Shown here piece by piece: positions 1 to 12,134 of a DNA stretch of 64,000 nt; position 1 is the first letter of the stretch, and each line of letters begins with the position of its first letter. A model generated the notes under the pieces. That model made no database searches and was not told where the DNA came from. It saw only the letters and a list, made by a program, of their open reading frames with translations. The DNA comes from Octopus vulgaris (lineage: Eukaryota), in assembly GCA_951406725.2 (NCBI GenBank), contig OX597815.1, positions 42,222,001 to 42,286,000 of the forward strand. The letters are read 5' to 3'. A program made the translations under genes and the position numbers.

Positions 1-827
1 CTTATATAAAGGGATATTATTCCATTATAACTATATCCATATAGACGAACATCCGACGAGAACTGCCGCATGATTGATGTAGGACAGCATTCAACGGATT
101 TGTGGTATATATTATCTCCAGCTTTGATACCGTGACTCTCAGCCTGTTTAAAAAGTGACTGGTCGTCTGATCGTATTCATTGAACAAACCTCTTATTCAA
201 GAGCGCAATAAAATTTGTCTCAAATTTCTATTCACCAAGCTGGGATTCTTCACAAAGAACATAACTGGAAGAGATAATGTTATCAACATTGGAAAAGAAC
301 CGCAGATAAACAGCATGGGAAGAAAATAAATAAACAAAATCTTATTAGTTGCAGTTACAGAAGAAACCGAAACTATAACGTACATAATGACTAATATAAT
401 CTTATTGCTATAAAATGTCAGAAAAGACCTATCTGTTGGCTACATGAATAGAATGAAAATATATTAAAGCAAATTTACCCTGAGCTAAATTACAACAGAA
501 CATTTACGATAGCAAGCTATATTCGTCTGAATATAAGTGCGCTAATAATAGTAATGTATTGCCAAAAATTGTGAACAGTGAACAAATAATTGTTTCTAAC
601 ATAGGCATCAGATGGTTAAGTAGATACTAGTATTTTTCATCGACTCTGGACGGATAAAATACAAATACACACCCCCACGTTTGAAGTGATGTACAGATAT
701 TGTGTATTGAGAAAAAGGAGGCAGTCAGAATTTTGGATAATCCTTTATGATTTTGTCTTCACGATTTCGTAAACGAACGAAAGCGTTCATAAAGGATTAT
801 CCAAAATTTTGATTGACCCCTCTCTCT

Positions 828-829
828 CA

Positions 830-876
<47 letters not shown>

Positions 877-944
877 TGTATGTATGTATGTATGTATGTA
901 TGTATGTATGTATGTATGTATGCATGTATGTATGTATGTATGCA

Positions 945-989
<45 letters not shown>

Positions 990-990
990 C
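828..990. repeat. Compound microsatellite (TA)n-(TATG)n-(TG)n
   Basis: Directly visible tandem repeats; they explain the HT/YIHT/MYVC-type ORFs. Confidence 0.95.
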
Positions 991-1175
991 TGTGTTTGTC
1001 CCCCCCCCAACTACCACTTGATAACTGGTGTTGATGTGTTTACGTCTCTCTGAGTAAGTAGTAAGGCCAAATAAACTCATAGAATAAGAAAGATAAGTAC
1101 TAAGGGTGATTCGTTCGATAAAAATTCTTCAAGGCAGTGCCGCAACAAAACAAGTAAAATGTAAAACATAAAAGA
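985..1175 (+). mobile_element. SINE family A, degenerate 3' half
   Basis: Matches the 3' half of 5043-5441 (tgtttgtcccc...ggtgtgtttacgtc...aagtaaaa). Confidence 0.7.
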
Positions 1176-1533
1176 TACTATATACATTTCCTTTACACTT
1201 CCTTACAGAACAAATACCTCATTCATACGTACCCCGCTCTCAATATTTTGGCTAAAAAACACCTTTCTACACGCTTGTGCTAAATCCACTAACGTTTTTC
1301 ATACACCAAAGTATTTTTGTTGTAAACACAGCAACCATGTTTTTTTTTGTGATGTTCTCGACGAAGGAACATTTCCGAAACGTTGAATTCACTCCGGCTT
1401 TTTTGTTACAGCTTTATTATATACTTCTTACTTTTGAAAATATTTTGGTAGACGAGTTTTGTACAGAAGCTCACATTCTATTGAGTTACAGAAAGGAATT
1501 TATTTCCACTAACTTAAATTACTGAGTTTAAGA

Positions 1534-1741
1534 ACCAACAAGAGAACCTTTAAGCAGCCACTTGACTTACTAGAAATAGAAACCAAATCTTCTTTATAGT
1601 CCATATAACGTCATCAGAAAATGAGAGCATATTGGAAAATGCATGCTAGACGCACCGTATTTAAAAAAATAAAAGTCAGACAGGTCATAGCTGGAACAGC
1701 TTTGATTATAGGAATGGCTTTCAGGTTAAACATAAACAACT
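1534..1741 (+). repeat. Old dispersed repeat, family D; other copies near 50878-51092, 51105-51215, 59930-60105 and 59463-59640 (minus)
   Basis: Shared blocks ctagaaatagcagccaaat and ggtcatagctggaa..ctttgatcatagg..aaacaac recur in several places. Confidence 0.6.
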
Positions 1742-4207
1742 GTTGTATGTTGAATATGAATAATAAAATACCGCTTTAATGATTCTAGTAAAATCTGTCA
1801 GCGTGTTTGTACTTATTTACATGCAGAAATAATGAGACACAACTAAAGCTGTTCTTCACCAGCATTATATATTTATTGATTGTCTATAATGTCCCAGGAC
1901 TAACACTTTCACTTTCTGATCTATAAAAATATACGAATCAGCAAAAATGGAAACAGACTATTGTTAACGATAGATTTTTGACAAGAAATCTATCTGTTAG
2001 TGTTTGAGTAAAATTATTGATTATATTATTTAGGTGGGTGGTATCTTTGTTATAAATATTTCAGTTAAACAATGTTGCGATGTGGTTTTGTAACCTTTTA
2101 TATGATTAGCACTTCCTGAAGAATACTCAACATAGGAAAAAATGGTTTTATTGAAAGTATTGTTGATTTTAAATTTGTACATGAAAGAAGTTTTACTCTA
2201 TATCTTTAGCGGAAATATGTATACTGTTGCAGTACAATTGCTGAAAATACCTGCATTTGTTAAATCTTGAAGTTAATTAAATTATTACATGTGAGATACA
2301 ATTCAACGTTCCTTCCTTCCCATACAAAACAGCACGATCTCATATAAAGACGACAAGCACATGCACAATACACACGAAAAACGTTTTCTATTCAATCTGA
2401 ATTCAATTTAAGGAGGTGTTTGATGGCTTTATGCTATATTATCATTTGTAAAGGAATGAATTGAACAGATTTCGCATTGTTCTAATTAGTATCTGTATCT
2501 TTAAGCATCATATTTCTAGTGGACGAATCTCGAACACAGCAACAGAATGGATTCTACTATACACATATATACATATGGATATATTCATACACGCATGCAT
2601 ACATACATGTATTCTGCATACATGCATTCTGCATACATGCATTCTGCATACATGCATACATACATACATGCACTCACACACAAATATATTATGTGTATAT
2701 TTATCTCATCTATCGATAAAAGAATGGCTCAATCTGATACCTTGTCGATTCAAAGGACGTTCGAACATGTCAGGTGACCTTAAGCCAAGTCTACTTTATA
2801 GAAATTGCATTTAACAGATATTCATGAACAAATAGATAACTTGTTTTACAATCAGAACAGGAATTTAAATATGTCAACCTCGGATTTTACTACCAATCAC
2901 ATGTTCCCAGAGAGATTAAGAAGCAGAACAACGGTCTCGAATGATATAATTTTGATAACTGATCAATCACTAATAAATACAGGGACTTCTTGAACAATAA
3001 TGAGTGACATTAATTAGTGTGTTAAATTTGGAAATAAGTCAAAGTGATCTGGACTGATCTGAACTGATTGCAAATAAACCTATTTACAATAATGTTTTTA
3101 CAGCAGAAATTTGTCAGTCACTTATGACCCATGTTCTGTATTCCAGTCATATGAATTCAGTTATTCAATATTGTTTGTACTAGACTGTTAAGAACAGGGA
3201 AACTAATCGCTCTACAACTTATTAATCTACATATGTAAATTCACACACGATTCAAGTAAAGAAAGCTGGTTTAAAATAACATATTGATTGGGGCTCATTA
3301 TTAATTCCATTCCTCTCCTATGGCTCTGATATCTAACGCGGAAACAATATATTTTCAAAATCTTAGTTACGAGATGAAAATACACTCAAATTATATTCAT
3401 AACAGTACTTTTTTTTGTGTAATGAAAATATGTATATTTACGTCTTACGTGGATATTTATGTCTGCTTACGTATGAGCATTTGTATGATTGGTTTTCTTA
3501 TATATATGTATGGTTTTCTTAATTATATTCTTATATATCCGTATGATTTTCTTAATTACATTTTAAAATAAAGATTAATCTACTCTTGAAAAATATTAAA
3601 AACATTTGACATAGAATTTCAGATTTAAACTCAGAATCGTGGCACCAGTAGATATTGTCATTACAAAAATAATCAAACAGCACATTCTTGCAATGGAGTT
3701 GTAAACAAAATTACTTAAACTTGGAATTGATAGACATGTTTCCATATTTTTATAAACGACTAAAGTTCTTTTCATAACATACTGTACTAAAAATCTGAGA
3801 TATACATACATATGTATTCACTCATGCACACATATACGCACTGGGTAAGTTCTTTCACATTAGTAAAGATTTGTATGGCAAAGATGAAATAAACATTTGT
3901 TGTGCTGTAGAATCTATCGTAGCATGGAGTCAGATTCCATCTCACACCAATAGCTAAGGGCTATATATAGTCAAAAATGGTGACGAACGTCTTCATACTT
4001 TTTGTTTCCGTGAATCCTTGTTTTCCTCTCGTTACTATCACCGTAGTAGAACTTTTGCATCATTCATGTTATATAACTTTTTTGTATCTTTTACTTCCTC
4101 CTATTTTACTAGATGCAAGGTAGTAGGAGAAGGGAAAATCATTTGACATGTACATGATACCAAATGTATTAAACCCATTATATGGAATAGAAACAGTTTT
4201 AAATTAA

Positions 4208-4398
4208 AATAGTCATCTATGTATCATGCACAATGTAAATGCATTGTTGAAAGGCAATTTACGGCTGTATTCGGATGTGCTGATGTAGACAAAAATCGTC
4301 TCAGTACGTTCATTAGAGATGGTATCTCTTAACAAATACCACAATAAATTGCCTTTCAATGATGTATTTACTTTAAGTATGATACATAGACGTCTATT
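4208..4398. repeat. Inverted repeat (64-nt arms), probable small MITE
   Basis: 4208-4271 vs reverse complement of 4335-4398: 51/64 identical by manual ungapped alignment. Confidence 0.85.
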
Positions 4399-4719
4399 CA
4401 AAATCATCTTTTTTCTTTTTTATGTCACTTCTTATGATGGATGTTCTCCATTGTTCATCTGTCACCCTAATTGCTCGATAGAGTGATCTGAAGGTGTGTA
4501 TGTGCGTGCGTGCGCGATGACTTTGGTGTTGTATTAGGATTGGAAGATTCTGTGCTGGTGTTGGTGATGTTGATCCTGATTTTGTTGATGCTGTTGCCGC
4601 AGTCAATGTTGCTGCTGTTTGTTTTACTGGTGTTGCCGCATGCGTCTTTGCAGCCGTTGTTTGCAGACTCGGCTGTTTGTGGTTCGATGCTGTCACTGAT
4701 GCTGGTTTTGGATATAAAC

Positions 4720-4905
4720 ACAAGACCTGCAAGTTTGAAGGAAGGGACGATAATCAATTACATCGACTGGTAATTTAATTTACCGACAGTGGAGGGATTA
4801 AAGGCAAAGTTGACCTCAACAGGATTTGAACTCAGAACATAAAGAGCCAGAACTAATATCTTAAAGCATTTTCCGACGCTCTAACGATTCTGCCAGCTCC
4901 CCTCA
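4720..4905 (-). mobile_element. SINE family B, degenerate
   Basis: aaggcaaagttgacctc..ggatttgaactcagaac matches the reverse complement of 30293-30525. Confidence 0.75.
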
Positions 4906-5042
4906 TTGTAATTGTTTCTAATATAGGTACAAAGCCTGAAAAGTTTAGGGAAAAAGCTAATCGATACCATCTACTCTAGTACTTAACTAATACTTTTAAA
5001 GATTATCTCTACAGATTTTCTGGAGAAATTATAGTCAGCACT

Positions 5043-5441
5043 AGGAGTGTAGGAGTGGCTGTGGCTTGCTTACCAACCACATGGTTCCGGGTTCAGTCCC
5101 ATTGCGTGACACCTTGGGCAAGTGTCTTCTACTATAGCCTCGGGCCGACCAAAGCCTTGTGAGTGGTTTTGGTAGACGGAAACTGAAAGAAGCCCGTCGT
5201 ATATATGTGTATATATGTATATGTGTGTGCGTGTCTGTGTTTGTGTGTCTGTGTTTGTCCCCTCAACATCGATTGGCAACCGATGCTGGTGTGTATACGT
5301 CCTCGTAATTTAGCGGTTCGGCAAAAGAGACCGATATAATAAATACTAGGTTTGCAAAGAATAAGTCCTAGGGTCGATTTGCTCGACTAAAGGCGGTGTT
5401 CTAGCATGGCCACAGTCAAATGTCTGAAACAAGTAAAAAAG
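5043..5441 (+). mobile_element. SINE family A (tRNA-like head, CORE-like motif, central microsatellite, 3' tail), near full length
   Basis: B-box-like ggttcagtccc, CORE-like gtgacaccttgggcaagt, tail ggccacagtcaaatg.ctgaaacaagtaaaa; possible TSD agcact/agtact; many copies in the window. Confidence 0.9.
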
Positions 5442-5862
5442 AGTACTGATTTCGTTACGATATTTCGTATCTGAGACGCCAGACGTAAACAAACAATGAG
5501 ATCGAAGCTGAAAAATGGTTAATATGAACATATGACATATTTCAGGAGTTTTTGTTCTTTCATCGCACTCATCCAACTCGTTAATCATCCACAAACCCAT
5601 TGCTTAAATAGCAACTAAATATAGCAACTAAATATTAATCACTTGTAGGGTCACGGTATTTCGTTATATGACCATAATATACTTAAGAGTATATTAAACG
5701 TTTTTCTAAGTCAATGCCGAGTTCTACTGTGTTAGCAGTATTCTTACATCATTTGTTAAGGTTGTCTCTACAGATTTTCATTCTTTATTTACATCTGGCG
5801 TCACGGATACGAAACGTAACAAAATCAGTGCTGGGTATAATGTCTATAGAAAATCTGTAGAG

Positions 5863-6083
5863 GTGTGTCTATGTTTGTCTTTGTCCCCCCCCCACAACAT
5901 CACTTGACAACCGATGCTGGTGTGTTTACGTCCCCGTAACTTAGCGGTTCGGCAAAAGAGAACGATAGAATAAGTACTAGGCTTACAAAAAATAAGTCCT
6001 GGGGTCGATTTGCTCGACTAAAGGCGGTGCTCCAACATGGCCACAGTCAAACGACTGAAACAAGTAAAAGAGTAAAAAAAAAA
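5863..6083 (+). mobile_element. SINE family A, 3' half
   Basis: High similarity to 5240-5441. Confidence 0.9.
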
Positions 6084-6138
6084 GTCGGTAACCTTAACAA
6101 GTGATGTAAGAGTGCTGCTAACACAGTAGTACACGGTA

Positions 6139-6527
6139 TCTTTATATATAAAAGTCAAGTTGTGTCTGTCTCCCACGATTTAGATTCCTAACCCCTGCTC
6201 TAACATTAACTGGTTCGTTGGTTACGATGACGACGATTTCAGTTGATCCGATCAATCATAGCCCTTGCTCGTGAAATTAACGTGCAAGTGGCTGACGAAG
6301 AAGAAGAAGAAGAAGAAGAAGAAGAAATATTTTTGGACACTTTAAAGTATTTCTATTCAGTCCGTTTGGTTGGTTGGTTGGTTGGTTGGTTGGTTGGTTG
6401 GTCGGTTGTTAATCCACATTTTATGTTACCTCGATAAATATAAATGCATTTTTTTGCTATAACTCTCTAAAAATGCTTTATAGTTATTTCCCTTACAAAC
6501 CCGAGCAACGCCGGGCGATACTGCTAG
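6139..6527 (+). mobile_element. Non-autonomous Helitron with foreign internal segment
   Basis: 5' TC start after A, 3' hairpin cccgagcaacgccggg then CTAG before T, no TSD; both termini match the Helitron at 62783-63445. Confidence 0.9.
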
Positions 6528-7254
6528 TTGACTTATAAAAACGTTAAAAAAGGCTTTGTCGTATATCATCGTTGCATAACTAAATACCGCGTCCCCACAA
6601 GTCATTAACTAGTCATTATCAACCTTGAAAGGAAGAAAGGCAAAGTTGACCTCGTCGCGATTTAATCCTGGAAGGCAAAGATCCGGAACAAATACTGCAT
6701 GACATTTTGCTCGACGCATTAATGATCCTGCCGTGATTGAATAAATTAATTAAAATTTGAATTTAAAATCTGTATAAACGAATATATTATTCAATATTTA
6801 ATTATGAGTGTAGTATAAATGGTTGGAATGGCATAGAAGTGGGTTGAGAGAAACTTCTCGTGTAGTATGATGGGTTATTGGGAGAACAACGAAGGCCAGC
6901 CAATAGTCACATGCTAATTAAAGCTGAACAAAGCAACTAAAGAAAACAAAAACAAAAAAAGCAACAAAACAACAAGCCAAAACAAAAAGCAAAGCAAAAG
7001 TAAAAATAAGCAAACTTATTTTGAATGCTGTGCAAGCGATGTGTTGAATGTGATAACGCTGATATGGTGTTTAATAAATTTGATAAATTAATTAAACGAT
7101 ATATTTATAAAGTAACTCATTAAAAGCCCTTGGCTTTTAATGAATTGATTTATCAAACAATTGCTTGATAATAAATAAGTGGTAACCTCGGTTGCGCAGT
7201 TTACTTGCAACATCCTAGGAAATCTTCCAAGGAGGAGCTTGGGCCAAAATAAAA

Positions 7255-8040
7255 ACAAGTTAGATATGAGTGAATTAAGCTGAAAGGAAGTTCTTGAAGT
7301 TGTCCAGGCAGAAAGGTCTATATATGTTTTAGGACCGAGTGAAGTAGCACACAGTGTTTATAAACATTGTTCGAGACTCCTTCATCAACATTGGAAGGTT
7401 CTGAAAATGATGTTGTTAAGAGGAAGAGGTGCCAACCAACGGAGGTGTGCCGAGTGTATTATTTGGATTCTTAAGGAGGACTCACTCAAAAAGACAGACT
7501 TTATTAAAAAAAACACCTCATCACTCTGCGCAAAAGAAAAGATATTTTCCAGTATTTTGTCACAATGGTTGACAAAGTTCTTTGTAAAAAAAAAACGATT
7601 ACATCGATACATCGGTACAGAATAATTGTAAGAGGTCTGGAGCACTTGGCTGTGTGGAGAATAAAGCGACATGCAACTCTTAAGAGAAAAAGAAAGACAA
7701 TAGAAATCTGATGGTTTTATGGTTGAACTACATAAATACCTACGGGTCTTCCCAGCAAGATAAATGACCACATTCTGGATTTATTATTGTAGTTACTGCA
7801 TATACAACATTAGGGTGGTACAGATTAGGGAACGGAGGTGTAGCTAGCTGCATCATCTCAGCTACCCTGTACGTCCATGCCATGAGCATAGTAGTCAAAT
7901 CGGCTGAGGTGGATTGCGAAGGACTCCAGACCAAGCTAACAATCAAAACTTCTATGGTTATATGACTGTATCAACATCACCAATCGGTAATGGCAGGCGG
8001 ATCTTGCAAGGACTGAAGACAAGTACTTATCACATGCTGA
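7255..8040 (+). pseudogene. Decayed reverse transcriptase of a restriction-like-endonuclease non-LTR element (Hero/NeSL-like)
   Basis: Fragments across frameshifts: KEVLEVVQAERS..GPSEVAHSVYKHC, KIFSSILSQWL, IDTSVQ, CIISATLYVHAMSIVVKSAEVDCEG, MTVSTSPIGNGRRILQGL, resembling Hero-type RT motifs as I recall them. Confidence 0.75.
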
Positions 8041-8098
8041 TGGATGGCAGTATGGATACATCCATACATTTTCATATCTATCTATCTGTTTATAAGCA

Positions 8099-8191
<93 letters not shown>

Positions 8192-8829
8192 GCACACATA
8201 GTTTTTTTCTTTTGACTTGGCAAATTAAGTTCAATACGTCTTTTTTGCTTAGCTTTTCTTTTACTAACTATAGACATTGCTATGAAATCTTGTAGAATAG
8301 ACAATATGAGATGAACACATCGTACACAATTAAAAGATTTCTTTCTTTAAAAATAAATAATGAATAAGTAAAAGCTGGGTTATGTTGCATGATTATAGCT
8401 TAAATGTATGGCGAAGTGTCATTATATAATGAGGAGGCGCTCATCATTTAATCGAAAATAATGCATCCGAATATGAATGAGTTAACATTTTAGAAATTCA
8501 TTTAAGTTATCGATGCCCGCAAGGAAAATAATTTCTTGAAAACAAATAGCAAACCTTTTTAATGATAACCAATATTGAAATAAATAATCAATAAGCCGAT
8601 TTATAATAATTGATATGTGTAATAATGTGTATTGTGAACAATGATTGATACTCTGTGGTAATATTATTTTGATTTTGATTTTTTTTTTGTTTTGTCTCTT
8701 TGTAAGTCGCCAAGCTGGCAGAATTGTTAGTATACTGGATAAAACGTCTAATGTCATATCAACTGGCTTCACGTTCTCGGTTCAAGTACTGCTGCGTCCA
8801 ACGTAACCTTCTGTCCTTTTAGGGGTTTT

Positions 8830-9130
8830 TTCCTTTCACTTGTTTCAGTTTTTGGCCATGCTGGGGCACCACCTTGAGTACTTAAGTCGAACAAATCGAC
8901 CCCAGTACTTACGTTTTAAAACCTGGTATTTATTCTGTCGCTATCTTTTGCCAAACGGCTAAGTTACGGGTACGTAAACAAGCCAACACCGGTTGTCAAG
9001 CGGTGGTGAGGGGAAAACATAAACGCAAAGGCAGTAGAAGACGCTTACCTAAAGGTGACACGCAGTGTAACTGAACCCGGAACCATGCGCTAGGCAAGCA
9101 AACTTCTAACCACACAACCACGTCTGCGCC
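8830..9130 (-). mobile_element. SINE family A, internally deleted
   Basis: Reverse-complement similarity to 5043-5441. Confidence 0.85.
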
Positions 9131-9306
9131 GTTAAAATAAGTACCAGTTGAGCATTAGGGTCAATGTAATCGACTGAGCCCTCTTCTCCCAAATTTCAGG
9201 TATTGTGCCCATAATAGAAAGAAAAAGTATTATTTTTGATTTTAAGGCAGTGAGTTGCCAGAATAATTAGAGCGCCGGAGAAAATATCTTACGGTATTTC
9301 GTTACA

Positions 9307-9573
9307 GTAATTTAGCTGCGGCAGATGCCGAGAATCCTTAAAGTAATAAAAGGAGACAAGAGGAGAAAAAATGACTTTGATGGTTTATAGATAATCCTAT
9401 CTCATGAAAAGATCTTAAGTCCTTGTAAAATCCAGTTGCCACCAGCGTCTGTGGATGTTGTTACAGACATATACTCCATGAAATCTCTGAACGTGGGTCA
9501 CTGTAAAATCAATCTTTCTTCTGGTGACTTTGGCTCGTTACCTTAGTTAAACTTAGTTGCCGTAACTAAATAC
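9307..9573. mobile_element. Small element with about 17-bp imperfect TIRs, inserted in a family B SINE
   Basis: gtaatttagctgcggca vs tgccgtaactaaatac; the SINE B head (9243-9306) resumes at 9574 (aaattccactgagatc). Confidence 0.6.
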
Positions 9574-9876
9574 AAATTCCACTGAGATCAACTTTGCTTA
9601 TCGACACTCGAGGTTAATAAAATAAACTACCAATGAAGAAATATTGGGATTGATTTCATCAATCACATCTTACAGCAATTTGTGACTTTGTGCTCGTATG
9701 TCAGAAATCGCACACGTCATTGTATTACCTGTAGGTTTATTATTATTATTATTAGTTTACAAAAAAAGTTTGATGTTATATTTATCGAGGTAACATAAAA
9801 TGTGGATTAACAACTGACCAACCAACCAACCAACCAAACGGACTGAATAGAAATACTTTAAAGTGTCCAAAAATAT

Positions 9877-9995
9877 TTCTTCTTCTTCTTCTTCTTCTTC
9901 TTCTTCTTCTTCTTCTTCTTCTTCTTCTTCTTCTTCTTCTTCTTCTTCTTCTTCTTCTTCTTCTTCTTCTTCTTCTTCTTCTTCTTCTTCTTCTT
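9877..9995. repeat. (TTC)n microsatellite
   Basis: About 40 perfect units; source of the poly-E and poly-S ORFs. Confidence 0.97.
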
Positions 9996-10094
9996 CAGCC
10001 ACTTGCACGTTAATTTCACGAGCAAGGGCTATGGTGTTGATCGGATCAACTGAAACCGTCGTCATCGTAACCAACGAACCAGTTAATGTTAGAG

Positions 10095-10730
10095 CAGGGG
10101 TCCCTGTTCCCGAATCGGATCGTGGATCAGAAAGTATGAATTTAAAAATTTCATTTTTATTTTATTGACTATCGCAGTCTGCACGGGGTTTTTTGAATTA
10201 TAATATATGTAATATTTTACTCATTTGACTGTGGCCATTCTGGAGCACCACCTTTAGTCGAGCAAATCGACTTATTCTTTGTAAACCTAGTACTTATTCT
10301 ATCGTTCACTTTTGCCGAACCGCTAAGTTATGGGGACGTATACACACCAGCAACGGTTATCAAGCGATGTTAGTAGGACAAACACAGACACACAAGCACA
10401 CACACATAAATACATATATACGACAGGCTTCTTTCAGTTTCCGTCTACCAAATCCACTCACAAGGCTTTGGTCGGCCCGAGGCTATAGTAGAAGACACTT
10501 ACCCAAGGTGCCACGCAGTGGGACTGAACCCGGAACCATGTGGTTGGTAAGCAAGCTACTTACCATACAGCTTCTCCTGCACCTTGTAATATATATGTAT
10601 GATACATGGAATAATTAAATTATATATTATGCACTTTATTGTGTTTTGTTATGCGTGCAATCCCCCGGTCCGTAGAAAAATTGGTTTGCATGAAACCAGA
10701 CTGTGATACAAAAAAGGCTGGGAGCCGCTG
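10095..10730 (+). mobile_element. hAT (Charlie/MER1-like) non-autonomous element interrupted by a family A SINE
   Basis: Left end caggggtccc; right end ggtccgtagaaaaattg..gaaaccag..aaaaaggctgggagccgctg resembles hAT-Charlie termini. TSD only weakly matched. Confidence 0.6.
10215..10585 (-). mobile_element. SINE family A, near full length
   Basis: Reverse complement of 5043-5441 at high similarity. Confidence 0.92.
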
Positions 10731-10781
10731 GTATAGTGAGTATAATAATTTTGAGAATTTCTTGGCAGCTTAATGAATATA

Positions 10782-11015
10782 TATTCCTATACTACCCACA
10801 AGGGACTAAATACAGAGGGGACAAACTAGGACAGACAAAGGGATTAAGTCGATTACATCGACCCCAGTGCGTAACTGGTACTTAATTTATCGACCCCGAA
10901 AGGATGAAAGGCAAAGTCGACCTCGGCAGAATTTGAACTCGGACCGTAACCGACAGATGAAATACGGCTACGCATTTCGCCCGGCGTGCTAATGTTTCCG
11001 CCAGCTCGCCGCCTT
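10782..11015 (-). mobile_element. SINE family B (tRNA-like head, Meta-domain-like centre), young, with 16-bp TSD
   Basis: TSD cagcttaatgaatata at 10766-10781 and 11016-11031; body very similar to 30293-30525 and 57688-57919. Confidence 0.95.
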
Positions 11016-11236
11016 CAGCTTAATGAATATAATAGAGGACATACTATTGAAATTAACTTATTTGTCCTATCAATTCTAAATATAGACTCGAACGATCGTT
11101 TACCTGTTTAGTGTCCTGTAGTGATATTACTAAAGCGCGCTTTCGTATGTCGAGCGAACACTGTTGCCTCCTAACTTCACAGATATACTTTGTAACAGAA
11201 GCAGATTCATAACAAAAGATATATATTAATTAATAT

Positions 11237-11342
11237 ATTAATATTTCAGCAAACCTCTGGAAAGAACGCAAGCAATGCAAACGAAGATAAACAGCGAGAA
11301 ATGAGTGAACAGGACCGATGTTTTATATTGTAAAAGTGCTGT

Positions 11343-11377
<35 letters not shown>

Positions 11378-11556
11378 ACACACACACACACACTTTATAT
11401 CAGAAGTATTTTCATAATCAAAAATATATATTAATAAATATATTAATATTCCAGCAAACTTTGGAAAGAACGTAAGCAATACAAACGAAGATAAACAGCG
11501 AGAAATGAGTGAACAGGACCGATGTTTTATATTGTAGAAGCGCTGTTAGACACACA
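11237..11556. repeat. Local tandem duplication (period about 205 bp)
   Basis: cagcaaac..ggaaagaacg.aagcaat.caaacgaagataaacagcgagaaatgagtgaacaggaccgatg occurs twice. Confidence 0.9.
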
Positions 11557-11679
11557 TATTGATATATATGTATGTATATATATGTACTACACACACACAC
11601 ACAAACACACACTCACATACAAATATATCTCATACATTATACACACACATACCTATATATATACATGCATATATATATA

Positions 11680-11741
<62 letters not shown>

Positions 11742-12134
11742 TGGAACTTACAATATAATTATTTTAGGACATTTAGTTCATCTAGTTCTGTTAACATCCC
11801 TGCCTCATATTTATATAGGTAAAGGTTGAATCATTTCTAGTAAAAGAAATGCGTCTACTTTCGTTATATTAGAATTAGACCTTTTTGAAACTATGAAAGA
11901 TTGAATAAAAAATCTGTATATTTCTACATTGTAAAATATATAAATAAATAAGTAAAAATAAAAAAGAAAGACTGGAAATGTCACTATTTTGAGAATACAA
12001 TTTTATATATAATTTTAATGAGAGGAATCGTTTTCCACACTTTATAATTTCCAGCACGGAAAAATTTAGATTTTTTTAAAATCCATAAATAGAAATGTAC
12101 ATACGTTGCGAAGAAGAAAGATATTTTTAATAAT

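Noticed and set aside
2802-2993. Possible terminal coding exon (tttatag|KLHLTDIHEQ...GTS*)
   Set aside because: Only 63 codons, weak acceptor, no recognisable domain and no partner exon.
4394-4773. Overlapping Thr/Ala-, Asn/Ser- and Leu-rich ORFs (also 43246-43731)
   Set aside because: Decayed trinucleotide (TGY)n low-complexity sequence; open frames on both strands.
9757-10168. Poly-Glu and poly-Ser ORFs
   Set aside because: (TTC)n microsatellite plus a repeat tail.
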